A DNA stretch of 64,000 nucleotides from Dicyema japonicum (Eukaryota > Animalia > Dicyemida): the NCBI GenBank assembly GCA_011109175.1, contig RDEW01000004.1, positions 1,903,105-1,967,104 of the forward strand, in the 5' to 3' direction. A program made the translations under genes and the position numbers. The notes beneath the pieces are model-generated. The model did not search any database. It saw only the letters and a program-made list of their open reading frames with translations, and had not been told where the DNA came from. Shown here in pieces: positions 39,751 to 52,049 of this stretch. How positions within the stretch are numbered: position 1 is the first letter of the stretch; every line of letters starts with the position of its first letter.

Positions 39751-40579
39751 AGGGCCTCCGAACGTTACCAAAACTTACAAAATTAATGAACCACGTAATG
39801 ATTGACTAAAATTACAAAGCACGTGGTATTTATGGCCTTACTAATCGTGATAAAAAATAATCTGACCTAAAAAACAAGTATAGTGATAAAATAAAAAACA
39901 TAACTTACCTAAAAAACAGAGATAAAAGATAATAGTCGATTCTATTTTCAGAGAAAAAAGACAAAGTTTTTTATTCACCATAAACCAAGTATGCATTTCA
40001 TGCAATAGAGGTACGTAACCATATCAATCTTCCGGATCGCTGTCTACTTGAAAATGGTCACTTCAAATTGTTTAAATAAAAAGCGCCTCTAGATATTTTG
40101 AGATTAAAGAATATTTATCCCCAGGAACACATTAAGGGGATACAACTTATCGTATAATTAATCGATCCAGGTGTCTAATCCTTGCTTCTTATTATTTGTC
40201 TTGGAATCTTCTCATACCTTAGGAAGAATTCCGGGATGATCTAACTTCTAGGAAATTCTCTAGATGTTTGCTAACTTAAGGAAATCTCCCTACCATTCTG
40301 TCAGAAGATTATCATTATCACCACAGAATTCCGGGATGATCTAACTTCTAGGAAATTCTCTAGATGTTTGCTAACTTAAGGAAATCTCCCTACCATTCTG
40401 TCAGAAGATTATCATTATCACTCCACACAGACAAAGGTTTACCGTCTCGAGGGTCCAATAGCACTCTGAAGTTGCGGTTACGTATTATTTCCAAAAGCAA
40501 ATTAGAATACTCAAATAATCAAATAAACTATAAATAATAAAAAAATAAAAAATAAGAAAAACCGAAAAGATAATTATAA

Positions 40580-40852
40580 TTAATAATGCTCCGTTTTAGA
40601 TTTTTCAAGGATAAACTCCGCTTTGTCTTTAATTTTTTGGCTGAGGTCTTTCAGAATATCCCTTTTATGGGCATTTTCTTTTTCCATAAACTCAATAAAT
40701 TTGGAAGTGTCTTCAAATGTCATATTAGCATTTCTTGGACATCCGTCCTCTCTCGGTGGCAGTAGTTTATTCAATTCTTCAAGAAGATTATTTAATGGGG
40801 GACTATTCCAATCATCATTAGAATCGGGATTATTATCATTCCACCAGGACAT
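40580..40852 (-). CDS. 90-aa single-exon ORF resembling an HLH-leucine-zipper protein without a basic region
   Basis: Intact ATG-to-TAA frame flanked by AT-rich DNA. LNNLLEELNKLLP fits HLH helix 1. FEDTSKFIEFMEKENAHKRDILKDL aligns with Max helix 2/zipper [25 protein letters not shown]. Confidence 0.55.
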   Translation of the reverse strand: MSWWNDNNPDSNDDWNSPPLNNLLEELNKLLPPREDGCPRNANMTFEDTSKFIEFMEKENAHKRDILKDLSQKIKDKAEFILEKSKTEHY

Positions 40853-42404
40853 TTATACACTTTACGTCGCTTCTCTATATATAATGTTTACTCTTGGGTA
40901 ATCAATTAATTACAATAGCGATTTCCCCCATTGATTTGTTGCATCAAAATTGCATAATATTATTCACATGGGAGTCAACACTTAACCTTTCACTTAGGTT
41001 GAGCTTACGATGTAGGTCTGATGCACTATGACATAGCTTTAGTATACTTGATCTTCTCACTGTCGATGTTCTCCCCCTTTTTATTGGACTCTGAAGATAT
41101 CAAAATTTTAAAGTTCTAAAATAAGAAATCCTCGGATACACCAAGGTCTGGGTTTAATTCTCGGTCGACAACGGATTCTTTTACCTGTGATTTTATCCTA
41201 CGCAACTGAAGTAGCACTAATTTTTTCCCGCCTTCGACCTGAAAAGTGGTCAATTCTTTGGGCAGGAAATTGGATTTCTTTTTATCGAACACAGAAACAG
41301 GATTGAATCCAGAAGTTCCAAAAATAGGATATTTAAAATAAAATTCATAAAGTTAACTTTAAGGGTGACTTTCCAGTAGTACGATAAATAGAAATATTAT
41401 ATTTATAATTTGCCAGTCCAATTAGTACATTCGGGTTAATATGTCTTCGTCAACCAACGCCTTATTGTTTGGTTATATCATTCCACTTGCCCTCGTGACT
41501 TATGGTGTCTTGATTTTCAATAAATTACCTTTATCCCCCAATCACATAGTAATCTTACAAAACTATTTCTCGTTACATAGAGTTACTGGGACCCCAATAG
41601 AATGTAAAAAAAGTAAGCACTCCCGTGTTGCCATAAGCACGTAAAATGCCTAGGGTTTCGCTCGTGCAGAACACACATTAAGTAAAGAACAGTTATTATA
41701 ACTAATCGTAGAGGGAGAACCAAGGAATGCTCTTCACTTCTTTTTTTCTTTTTTTGGGTGTATAGACCCCAATAAATAAGTCTTAAAGTATTTTTATGCT
41801 TGAGATTTGTTATTTAATAGTGCAAAAGACCATGCAAATTTTGAGGAGTCCATTGCTTGTAGTTGTAAAAACCCCTCCAGTGGAGTGTGGACTCAGCTTG
41901 GAAATAGATACACTTAATTAGTGGTCAATTGTTATCTTCTTTCTTGGTGTATACGGGTTTAATAATGAAAATTTCGAATAACAATCTGTGTTGCTAAGAA
42001 TCCGTTTATAATATTTGTTATAGGAAGAATATCTAACAAATCTATACAATCCCACATGGAATGAGGAAGGATATGATCATTAATAATCTTGTGACTATTG
42101 GCAACTCTGCCACTGGGAGGTTGTTCAAATAACATTCCAAATATGTTGAGGGTGATTTGATTGGGAAATTGGTGTGGAATTTTATTCAACTTTATTCGGT
42201 TTTTCTGTTATCTTAATATACTTAGTTGACGAAATGGTGGTGGTCATTTCAAAGTTCATCCACGACGACCAGTATGTTTGGTTTTCTACCTCCTCTAAAT
42301 TATGTGAACACTATGAGGAGGAACGTAAGTTATTCTATACATGAAGGAAGAATCAAAGCATTTTTGAACACTCAATTTATTGTGGGTGGAGCTAAAGTAT
42401 AGTC

Positions 42405-42575
42405 AGTTGCTGTCGAGACAACTGGAACTGTAGGCGCGAAGACGGACGACTTTCTCCACAGCATTGGAAGCAAACTCACCTCAAAAATGTGCGAGCCACG
42501 GGAGGGACTCTGGTTGAGGCAAAGGCTTAAAATGGCGATTATCAGAGGTAACGCCTTCGCCATTTGTCGTCCTAA
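42405..42575 (+). mobile_element. CRE-like 3'-end fragment
   Basis: High nucleotide similarity to 22592-22765 (VETTGTVGAKT...WLRQRLKMAIIRGNAF). Confidence 0.8.
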
Positions 42576-42639
42576 TTATTGCCTAATTTTCATTATTTAA
42601 AAATATTTGATTAACGAATCGAAAAAACAAAATTTCACG

Positions 42640-42850
42640 TGCGGCCTTGTGGCAGCTTGCTTTAAGAAGTTTTGTTCCTTATTTTCCTTTGACCAATTAA
42701 TGGCGTCATGTGACATACCTAATGTGGCGCTAAATTCCAGGGTGATATGAAAAAGGATCATTTGTTCTGTCTCACTGGCTGGGTTCCCACAACTGCATGG
42801 ACTCGACGTTTTCTTCCTTTCCGTTTGTCCTTGGTGGACTTGTGTTTAAG
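42640..42850 (+). repeat. SINE-like family copy (head + core + tail A)
   Basis: GGCGTCATGTGA at 42702-42713, then AAAAAGGATCATTTG and GGGTTCCCACAACTGC. Confidence 0.6.
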
Positions 42851-44849
42851 TTTATGTTCCTCCCTTCGGACTCTTCGTACCATAAACTTCCTAGAATGTT
42901 AAACATTGTGTAAGCACGATAAAGAGGACTAGTAACCGGATATGCATGATGAAAATTCATGGTGGATGCATTCATTCCTTCACATTAATTAAAAGCATTT
43001 ATGTCCCCATTAAGGGTTGCAAAAATATAGAGGCGTTAGAGTGTACCCAGAACTGTCCTTGTCTTTACCCATTAAAACGTTTATGAAATCAAGGGAATAC
43101 CTACTTCCTTTCCCTTCAAGTCAAGGAAACCGGTACTTAACAGGAATAAATAAATATTCCTAAAATATTTCTAACAAATAATTTAAAAAAATAAAAATCA
43201 ATTAAATAAATAAAGTTATTTGAAATTATCATTTTTGTCCTGACTAGGTTATTATTTGAATTATTATATTCTTTGATCATATTATGAAGAAAAATTTTCT
43301 TGTGGTGACGTGTTTGCTTGTTTTTACTGTTGACAAAGAAGCATTTTCACCGGACCTATCTACGAAAAATTTTGATAGAGAAACCAATTGTAACGTAGAC
43401 CAAGTGGTCCATGGGCTATGTGGGACTCAAAAAAAGACTACCTCCTAGTCTGGTGTCACAGCCAAAGTGCTGTGTAAATCTCCTCCCTTTAAATGCTATT
43501 ATCGACTAAGTGGATTATAAAGACAGTTGAATGGACGTCTGAAGTTTTTCGAGCTGCTCAAGCAAGATTCAGGAGAATTCCACGTGGTGGCTGGTCGTTA
43601 ATCACTTGACTTTTAATGAGAAGTTTGGTATGTCCAAATCGATTGCAAACTTGAAGAGGTTGGCCAAGTTAAAGTCGTCAAAATCCAAGCCCTCTATGAA
43701 TATTGATACTGGGAATAATACATAGTGTCCAAATTAATCGAGTAAAATCCATGCCTCGTGTATTACGAAAGCCTACAACTTCCCAACAAAGAAATTCTCT
43801 CGGAGATTAACTCTTCAATATGGCAATATGTCAATTCCTGTGGGTTAAGCGCATACAAGGAAGACTTCTGAAGTTGAATAAACAGCTCAAATAAATCTCG
43901 GTGTTTGTCGAACAGAAGGGAAATAAGAGGTTCGATGACGATACGAGGGATAAACTGTGCCAATATGGATATTGAAAGTCGAAGAAGGATGAATTGGAAG
44001 AATAGTTAGTTGCATTCAGAATGAAATATAGATCGAGGAGAAAAAACTCAGAGTACATGAATCCCGGAAGAAATTCAGAAAACAAAAATAGTGTTTCGAA
44101 CTCAATCGGAGGCTTTTTTACAGAAAGTTAAATGGAGAAACCAGAGAAATAGAGTCTCCATAGTTTAAAAAAAAAGGGGAGCAACAATGAAGAAAAAATA
44201 TAGAAATTATAGATTACCACCAACACAGAGATCGCTACCCGCTATTAAGGCAAGACTTGACACAAATGCATTAACCAGAAAATAGCCATAATATAACCAA
44301 GAGAATACGACAAAGTACCAAGTGATTGAAAAAAGCAACAATCCTTTTTCAAAATAATCAGAAAGTGCTGTAAAATGTACAAAAATAAAGATCAAAAATT
44401 TAATTTCTATCTGGTAAGCGTGGGGTTGATAAATAAATCTTCGATAAATTTCCAAAAAATACGGATAATATGGAAGCAAACAACCTTACATTGGACAATC
44501 ATATTATGAGAAAAAGTATAAGTGTCCAATTTAATAAAAATTTTTATAACTCAATATATATTAAATTCATCAAAAATACATTTTCTAATAATAAAAAATA
44601 AAACAGAAGTAATCAATAGTGCAAAAATCTACATATTTGTGGTTATCTAAATATACATGAAAACATTTAAATAACAGCCTCGCCACAATATTGGTTTACT
44701 TCAATAATGTTTAATACTAGATATTAAGAATTTAGTAGGAAATACAAACAATAAACAAGAAAAGAATTATGAACCACAAAAGTATGGTCCAAAACGCCGC
44801 GCTTAAGCGTTAATGTCGTAGAACGGTTTGCCACATAAATTATTATTAA

Positions 44850-46500
44850 ATAAAATAATTAAGAATAGCTGCGCTCAGTCTGCACGACAGTTGATGGTAG
44901 CCATTTTGATCGATCAAACGTCCACAACGACATTTTAGCCCCCCAGACACAATATCAAGACGTAACGAGGCTGATTTCTCATCGTCCAGAAGGTTTCCAA
45001 CTCTGCAAAAGGATAGGTGTTCAGCCAGGCACCTTCTGAGTTGCAGGTAACCGCTTTGAAGCATGCAAGTTTTCTCGCATCCCCAATGCTCTAAAGGAGC
45101 CCCCTTTTTTAAGGTGACACGTCTCGAGTATCCTTTCAGATTAGTGCCTCCCTCCCGAACATTAAGATAACGTCCTTCCACAAGTCCACAGCTCCCTAAG
45201 GTATCATAGTTACATTCAATCTGGAATAAGAGCTGAGGACTGCATCCATCATATTCTTCGAGGAGCTATTAGAGACAAATGCACTTAATGTGACCGAAGG
45301 TACGGTAATTCCCAATCTCAAAAACAGGAAAAGTTGCCTGAAGCTATCCATCATCAAAATGGATGTTTGAAATCGCTTCGAGGATTGACTTAATTTCATT
45401 ATCAAGGAGAGATAGGGGATCCTGTTCATCAAACATGTGGAACTTCGGAAGTTGAAATTCATCTTGGGAAGCAGAGACTGTTTTTAACCATAAAAAGTCC
45501 AACTTCTCTAGCCAGGAGAATCAATCTGTCGGCGACCTTACCCAGAAGCATTTTTGTTGCTTAAGAACTTCCGCATCTAAGGGATTCAAGAAAAAATTGG
45601 TCCGTAGTTCGAAAATCTGAGACAATATTTTCCATTCGTTTTTTGAAGAAGGCAAATGGAACACGATAACAGGAATCATTCCAAATTTCCTTTAGGGGGT
45701 GACATTGACATTCGTTTTTTAAAGAAAGCAATGTGCATGTTGACCACTTTGCATTTTTTAAAGTAAATCTCAGCCAATCTTGCGAAATTTCTCAGAAATC
45801 GAGGTTATTTTTGAAATGAAGTCTTCAAGGCTTCTTCCAGGTATCATAAATTGAGGAGAGTAGAAACGTCTTGCATTATATGATCGATAGCTAAAAAGAA
45901 AATAAGAAGACCGAATGGGTCACCCTGCTGTACTCCCGTCTCAGAAGGATTAATTTAATTTCCGAAATGAGGGTGAAAGGACTCGAATACGATAGAGATG
46001 GACAAAAGGGTATATTTTTGGCGTTCTTTTCAAGCAAACGTCAAGGATGAAATCCCTTCTGCTCGAGTTGAATGAGTTCTGAAGATCCAATTTGAAAAGG
46101 GTCCTATCTTCAGCTCCAGATGATAGTCTGGCGAACTCCCTAAACGCTGGATTCCCACTTCGCATCCACGTCTGACTCTAACGCCAAGCTGTAATAGATG
46201 ATAGTCGGCTTAAATATTTGCAATGATTGATCGACTAGCAATCTTTCCAGAAAGGCGAAGATCGATCGAACAATATAGTTGAGAGCAGGCCGTTTTTCAA
46301 GGCATGTCTGTTTCACGTGACGTTGAAAAACAGATTTTCTTCTGCTAACCACCACTGCACTGGTCTCACGCGAGAAGATGGAGAACGTCCTTACAACATT
46401 CCTATTCGCTAATGGTCGGAACCTGGTTTGGGAATCTAAATGTGTTGACACATTCTCTCCGAAGAATTTGGTCCTTCAGTCCCGAACCCAAGTCATGTTT
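44850..46500 (-). mobile_element. CRE-like non-LTR retrotransposon, long decayed RT plus zinc-knuckle segment
   Basis: RPLANRNVVR, LFKLDLQNSFNS.RRD, SETGVQQGDP (45917-45945) and LRL...KCRCGRLIDQNGYHQLSC. Confidence 0.8.
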
Positions 46501-46659
46501 CAAAACAAGCCGAGGATCAGAAGAGAATGAAGTATAGAAGCATCACGAAAGTTCACTTGTTTATCCTATTCGCCGGTTAGATGTCAGGAAACCTTGGACA
46601 ACGAGCAGCAGTCGGATCCAAAGGGTCATAAACGATCCACGTGAGGCTGGATGCGTATG

Positions 46660-46800
46660 CTTGATTTGGGATGGGGCTTACACCGACACCTTTTCACAGT
46701 CGAGACTTGCAGGTTCCGCGTTGAAACGTGGGAAGGCTGCTTGGACTTTCGAGAATTTCAAGATAAAAAATACGACATCCTCTCAAACAAGATTCCATGT
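46660..46800 (+). mobile_element. CRE-like RLE fragment in opposite orientation
   Basis: IWDGAYTDTFSQS...GKAAWTFENFKIK, followed after a frameshift by KYDIL. Confidence 0.55.
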
Positions 46801-47206
46801 ATCGAGATCTGATACAAGAGAGTCATGTTCAATGACATTTTGTAGAAAAAATCCGAGATCTGATACAAGAGAGTCAGATAAGTAGGAAGTCATGTTCAAT
46901 CACATCAAAAGCCTCTGAGATGTCTAAACATAAGACATTTAAATGGTCTTTGGAATCTCGATTCTTCACAAAAGTTTAACGGAAGGTTAAAATTTCCTAC
47001 CAAAAAATGTAAAATATCATCTAATTTTGTGTTTTAACAAATAAAAATATTTAACGCAGTTGCGGTCTTTTTTGATTTTAAAGCAACTTCTCGGTTGCCC
47101 TACTAATCACTCAACAAAATCGACAGGTGATAACTACCGAAGATGCAAACGGGGGATAAAATTAATGTAAAGAGGTAAGGATTTAATGAAATAAAGTCAC
47201 AACTAA

Positions 47207-47850
47207 CTAATCTTCTATCTTAAGAATTCTATTAAGAATGTCTCTATCAGAGGGTTGATCGTCAATAAACAAGTAATCCCCGTTATCCAACTCTATAGTC
47301 TTAAAAGGCTCATCAATCCAATTATTATCATAATATGACACATCCAGTGGCATTTCATAAAGTTGGCATATGTCCTCTTTCATCTCACTAAAGCTTCTTT
47401 TACGAGATCCAATGTCAATTTCTTTATATTGGAAAAATCCGTTGATCGGGTCCAAATAATCGACAACAGAGACTTTTATATTCTCAACCACGGATTTAGA
47501 TAGTGCCATCAATTCCGAATAATCTGACGGGACGTTTCTAAAAAGATTATTGGGGAAGTACGAAGATAAGTGAGTTCTTTGTCTAAGGATTTAACCATCT
47601 CCATGTAAGCGTCCAATTTATCATTGGAAAATTCGATATATGAAATATATTCCAATGCTGTTGTCAAAATCTGAACCCGGGACATCTGACATAAGTAAAA
47701 AGTTAACTTTTTTATTTCGTGAAGGGATGATATCTTCCAGATCATTGAAAGATTCTTTTAGCATATTTCTTCGTTCCTTCTCCTTCAAATTATGATACGC
47801 ACGCTGAAGCTGAAAATTAGAGGCTATTTCAAGTACATTGTGGTCTTCTG
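47207..47850 (-). CDS. MAX-like: Max-like bHLH-Zip transcription factor; exons 47708-47809 and 47562-47685, then acceptor at 47538 or 47524; 5' exon(s) unresolved
   Basis: LQRAYHNLKEKERRNMLKESFNDLEDIIPSRNKK|MSRVQILTTALEYISYIEFSNDKLDAYMEMVKSLDKELTYL aligns with Max [51 protein letters not shown]. A 22-nt GT-AG intron (47686-47707) is required to restore the frame. Confidence 0.8.
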
Positions 47851-48344
47851 TAAGAAATTATAGGAAGTGGAGTGTGCATGATGGCTACTTTCTAAGATTT
47901 ATGAAAACTTATACTAGGCTAAAACGTAAGGCTAAACGTATGAATCACCGATGACATAAAACTGTGCCCGTCTTCTGAAATCTCTGGTCCATGGGTGATT
48001 TTGTTTACGGATTTTGGTGAGAAATCGATTTGGAAATTAATTTTTCCAAGAGAAAAACCAATTCTCTTATGGAGATTTGGTGAGGCAAAAAAGAGGTCAG
48101 ATGTATATAAATATCTTGATATTACTGAGAGTCATACACCTTTTATTCCTTAAAACCTAATGATTGACGAAATATGGGACAGTGCATCACTCCTATGAAG
48201 ACTTAATAATATAAACAATTTTCCCATTCTTAAAATGTGGCAAAAAGATCTTTCGGAAACAAATTATGATCATTTAAAAATTACGTAAAAGAGTTATTTT
48301 ACGGTGGGGTTCCCATAACAGCAAGGATGGACGTCTTCTACCTT

Positions 48345-48900
48345 TTAAAAAGTCATACAGCGGCCTCCCTGACTTTGTGATTATTCCCTCTCATGATAGC
48401 GAGCGAGATTTGCTCAAATAGACAAAGCGATCAAGGAGATCTCGTGTTCGCGCAGAAATCCGATTCCCTAGACGACTCAAGAATTTCAGCGTCGCGAGTG
48501 CAGAGGAACCAGACATTCCAACAGTGAGTGAAACAAACGGTTGGGTCAATGATTTCGAAAAAATCTTTGGGTATGACCGCGTACTTTTCCCGTATCACTT
48601 CTCGCCCTTCTCAACGGCCGAATGAGACTTTCATTAATTAGACTAATGTAACGGTCATTGCATTTGACGATAACAAGCTGACACGTGTATTTGGTCTTAC
48701 GTGTTTGCACTGAAAGACGGAGACACATGCCGAGAATTTCGCAAGCAATAACATCTTATTATGGGTTGTTGGCCTCATTTTCATATGATTACCTTCCGTC
48801 TATTCGAGAGGCCGAATAACATAATATACGTTGTCTACCAATTGAAAATGAATGTCAGTTTCGAGAACCATAACTTTTTCGAACCCTGCATTGATCAAAT
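48345..48900 (-). mobile_element. CRE-like RLE fragment
   Basis: REKYAVIP...LKFLSRLGNRISARTRD...EQISLAIMRGN. Confidence 0.65.
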
Positions 48901-49371
48901 GAATTATATATCCAACCGAATCTACTAGACTTTGGTAAAGTCCAGCAGATAGTCTTCTCTAACCAATAGAAACACTTCCTTAGCGTTAATTCTGGCAAAT
49001 TGAATAAAATCCTCAACACTGTGGTTTCACACATCAAAAGGTGTGGTAACAACTAGTTTTCTTAGGAAACTGAACTTTTCTTCTACATTTACAGAATTCT
49101 TACCAAAAGACGCACAAGCTCGGATCTTTTAGAGAGATTTGTGGGTTATTCGACAAGTCAAGCAGAATAAATAGTTCATTAACCTGATCGCATTCTCTTT
49201 GACGTTGACAACCTCCCACTGACAGACTAGATTCTGCTGGATGATAACTTTTTAATATTTTTAATAGGAGATTTTTATTCTCAAATTTCGCAGATTTATG
49301 ATCATAGCTCCAACATCAATGTAGTATCAAATTTTCTTAAGTCCCAGTGGAAAATCTTTTATTACCTACAG

Positions 49372-50948
49372 CAGGGGTGGCCAACGGTCGATCGCGGCGG
49401 GTTTTTTGGTTGATCGCAATCGATTGAGGTTTCGCGCAATTATGTGTATTTTTTTGTTTAATCTTCCATGATATAACTGTCAAAAAAAATTATTTGCAAA
49501 AAAGAATATGACTGTCAAAAAAGAATTATGTTATTATTCGATTTATTACCGTTAACAAACGAAATTAATAAATTAATTAACACAAAAATCTATCAAACGT
49601 GGTCCCAGTCGGTATTACCGGCGTTGCGTTGCCTCTACGATTGCAACAGAAATTATCTAGAAAGGCCACTGGGTCTCACGTGCGTCGTGGCTTTTTAGTG
49701 TAGCTAGGCATCCAAGCTTCTTTATGAAACGAAGCAATTTCTTAATTATTCCTCCAGTCGTCTCAACAACAATGGGGTAGAACGCGAATCGGTCGCGTAG
49801 CACTTCGTATTTCTTCTCCTTTGCAATCATCAAAGGAAAATTAGTTCCGATATATTAATTTTTAAGAAAATATTTATTTTTATAATGAAAAACAAAAAAT
49901 AAGAGAAACTTAGTTATTTAATCACCACCCTTTAATTTTGGCTACTTCCAGAGGATTGACATCTTTTGGATACAATTTTTGATATGTCGGGCTCAGCTAT
50001 TTTTGTTGTTCCAACTTTTATTAAAGTGGATAAATTTTTTTTTAAACAGTTTTTTTATTTCATAATTGAAAAAAGCTGTTCACACATATTTCGAACCAAA
50101 ACAAGCAATGATTTTTGTCTATTTCAGTTCGTATTTGGTAGCAACACCAGCATGTCGTCCAACCATATTCGGAGCACCATCGGTGCACAAATGAACTTCT
50201 TAAAGTAAAACCCATAGTCAAAGAGAATTTTTGTGGTTTTACAAAGATATCTTTATTTATTTAGAACCCCTGGATCACCAAGAAAGAAATAAAGAAGAAC
50301 GTCAGAAAGTTAGATATTCTACGTTCCCGCAATCGAATGAGCCATCCAACGTCTGTGGTCTCCTATTTTTTTCACTACCGTGCGAAAGAGTTTTATCTCA
50401 TCCATGCAGAGGAATCCGATTGTGGAGGAGAACTTCCTAACCAATCGACTTTCTTTGCATTGGAAAAGGACAAAATAAGCGGATTTCCTTCCTCCTTACA
50501 GACCCGAAGGAATCCGGTTCCGCGACTACGGGTCGTAGCTTCCGTGAGTAAAAAATTAACCATTGATCCAGAATGAGACCCTCCATAAATATAGTTTTCC
50601 GGTATATTAAATTGATTTTGTAGAACTTAGTCTCTAGAAGTGTGATGTCTTGTGGCACACTCGAAAATGTGTCAACCGTTCCAGAAAGGAACGAAAAGAG
50701 CCATCCACTTTTCCCTCATATGAGCCAGAATTCGAAATAATTACAGTGACAAAAATAGTATTAAATTTTTTATTATAAAGTAAAAATTCTCTCCATTTTT
50801 GACGCGTTTGTTTCTTGTTCTCTTTTTTTGTTAAATAAAATTTAATATTAAAACATTGTTATTAAAATACAAAAAAATGTATAGTCAATCGCCAGACAAA
50901 TCGTTATATAAAAAGTACCTCGCGAGCGAAAAAAATTGGCCACCCCTG
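49372..50948 (-). mobile_element. Buster-type hAT relic with nested CRE-like fragments
   Basis: Perfect 13-bp TIR CAGGGGTGGCCAA / TTGGCCACCCCTG. Internal CTDGAPNMVG and FGSKYVCEQLFS (49940-50210). Nested KEKKYEVL..FYPIVVETTG (49590-49830). The flanking 8-mers do not match. Confidence 0.7.
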
Positions 50949-52049
50949 TATTACCCGAATATTACGCAACATATGTCAACGTTTTTAGCGTCTTACAAAA
51001 AGCTGCTTTTACATTGGGAATATCAGGATAAAATATAATTCGTTCAATACGACATAAATACGATTTAATCAATTTATAAACAGTCATGAACAGAGAGTGT
51101 TCTAATGAAAAACATACATGAAAACATTGAAACAATATTACGCTGAAACATTACTGCAAATTATTGTGCACATTCGCAACAAGAAAGTTTATCCATTGAC
51201 GTAGCTTGTGCCGCACCCCGGATATCTTTGCAGTCAGCAAAAGATCCAGACGGGTGTGATATTAAGTAGTTCATTAACATTTGCAAAACATGTCTCGTAT
51301 GTATGCGAAAATCTCAGAAGTTCAAATTATTCCGAGCTGTATCTTGTCGATCATCTACAATTTATCAGAAAACGAAAAAAAACCAGGAGGGCGCAGTTCT
51401 ATAAGTGCCGAAAATCTCGCTGCTGCCTAGTCTTCTTAAGGTTCCACGCATCTACGATGGTTTTGGCTCGACAGTGACTCAGTTTTTGTTGATATTTCAC
51501 TGCGCAACCGAATTGTCTATAAGGGAGTCCCTCACAGACGACAAAAGGGTTAAAAACACGTTTTTTCAATGATTAGTTGACGTGCTAGCTGGATTTGTCA
51601 CATTGTTCACTCAACTCTGTCTGAAAGCTAATGTCCTGATTCTTTATGAGATTTTCAAAAAAAATTTCCTAGAAAATGAGACATCATCCTCCAAAACATG
51701 TCTTATAATTAATTTGGAAGGGAAGGTGTGAAATAATGACAATTTTAGTAACCGATGTTCTGAAGGGGTTTGATGAGATCCTCAACTTGGGTTTGGACAA
51801 CACTGTAGAATATTTGAGGGATCTCTCCGATCTAGCTAAACTTAGTGGGAAATCGAGAATGTTGGGATTCATCGTTTGTAAATGCAATCATAGTTATTTG
51901 TCTTTGGATGGTTTGCAATTAGGGGACATTGGAATATACAATTGCTTTATAACACAGTCAATCCATGTTAACCGCGAAATATAGTCATTTGTAAGGAGAA
52001 TGATTTCATTTCGGTTAACCAAATGGTTAATGAGAAATCAATAATATTT

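Noticed and set aside
43560-44480. Multi-pass membrane protein gene on the minus strand
   Set aside because: Hydrophobic frames are expected from T-rich DNA; no family motif or consistent splice model was found.
48240-48440. CLK-like kinase (GRPLYDFLK)
   Set aside because: The same bases read better as the CRE RLE end (QISLAIMRGN) abutting a tail-A repeat.
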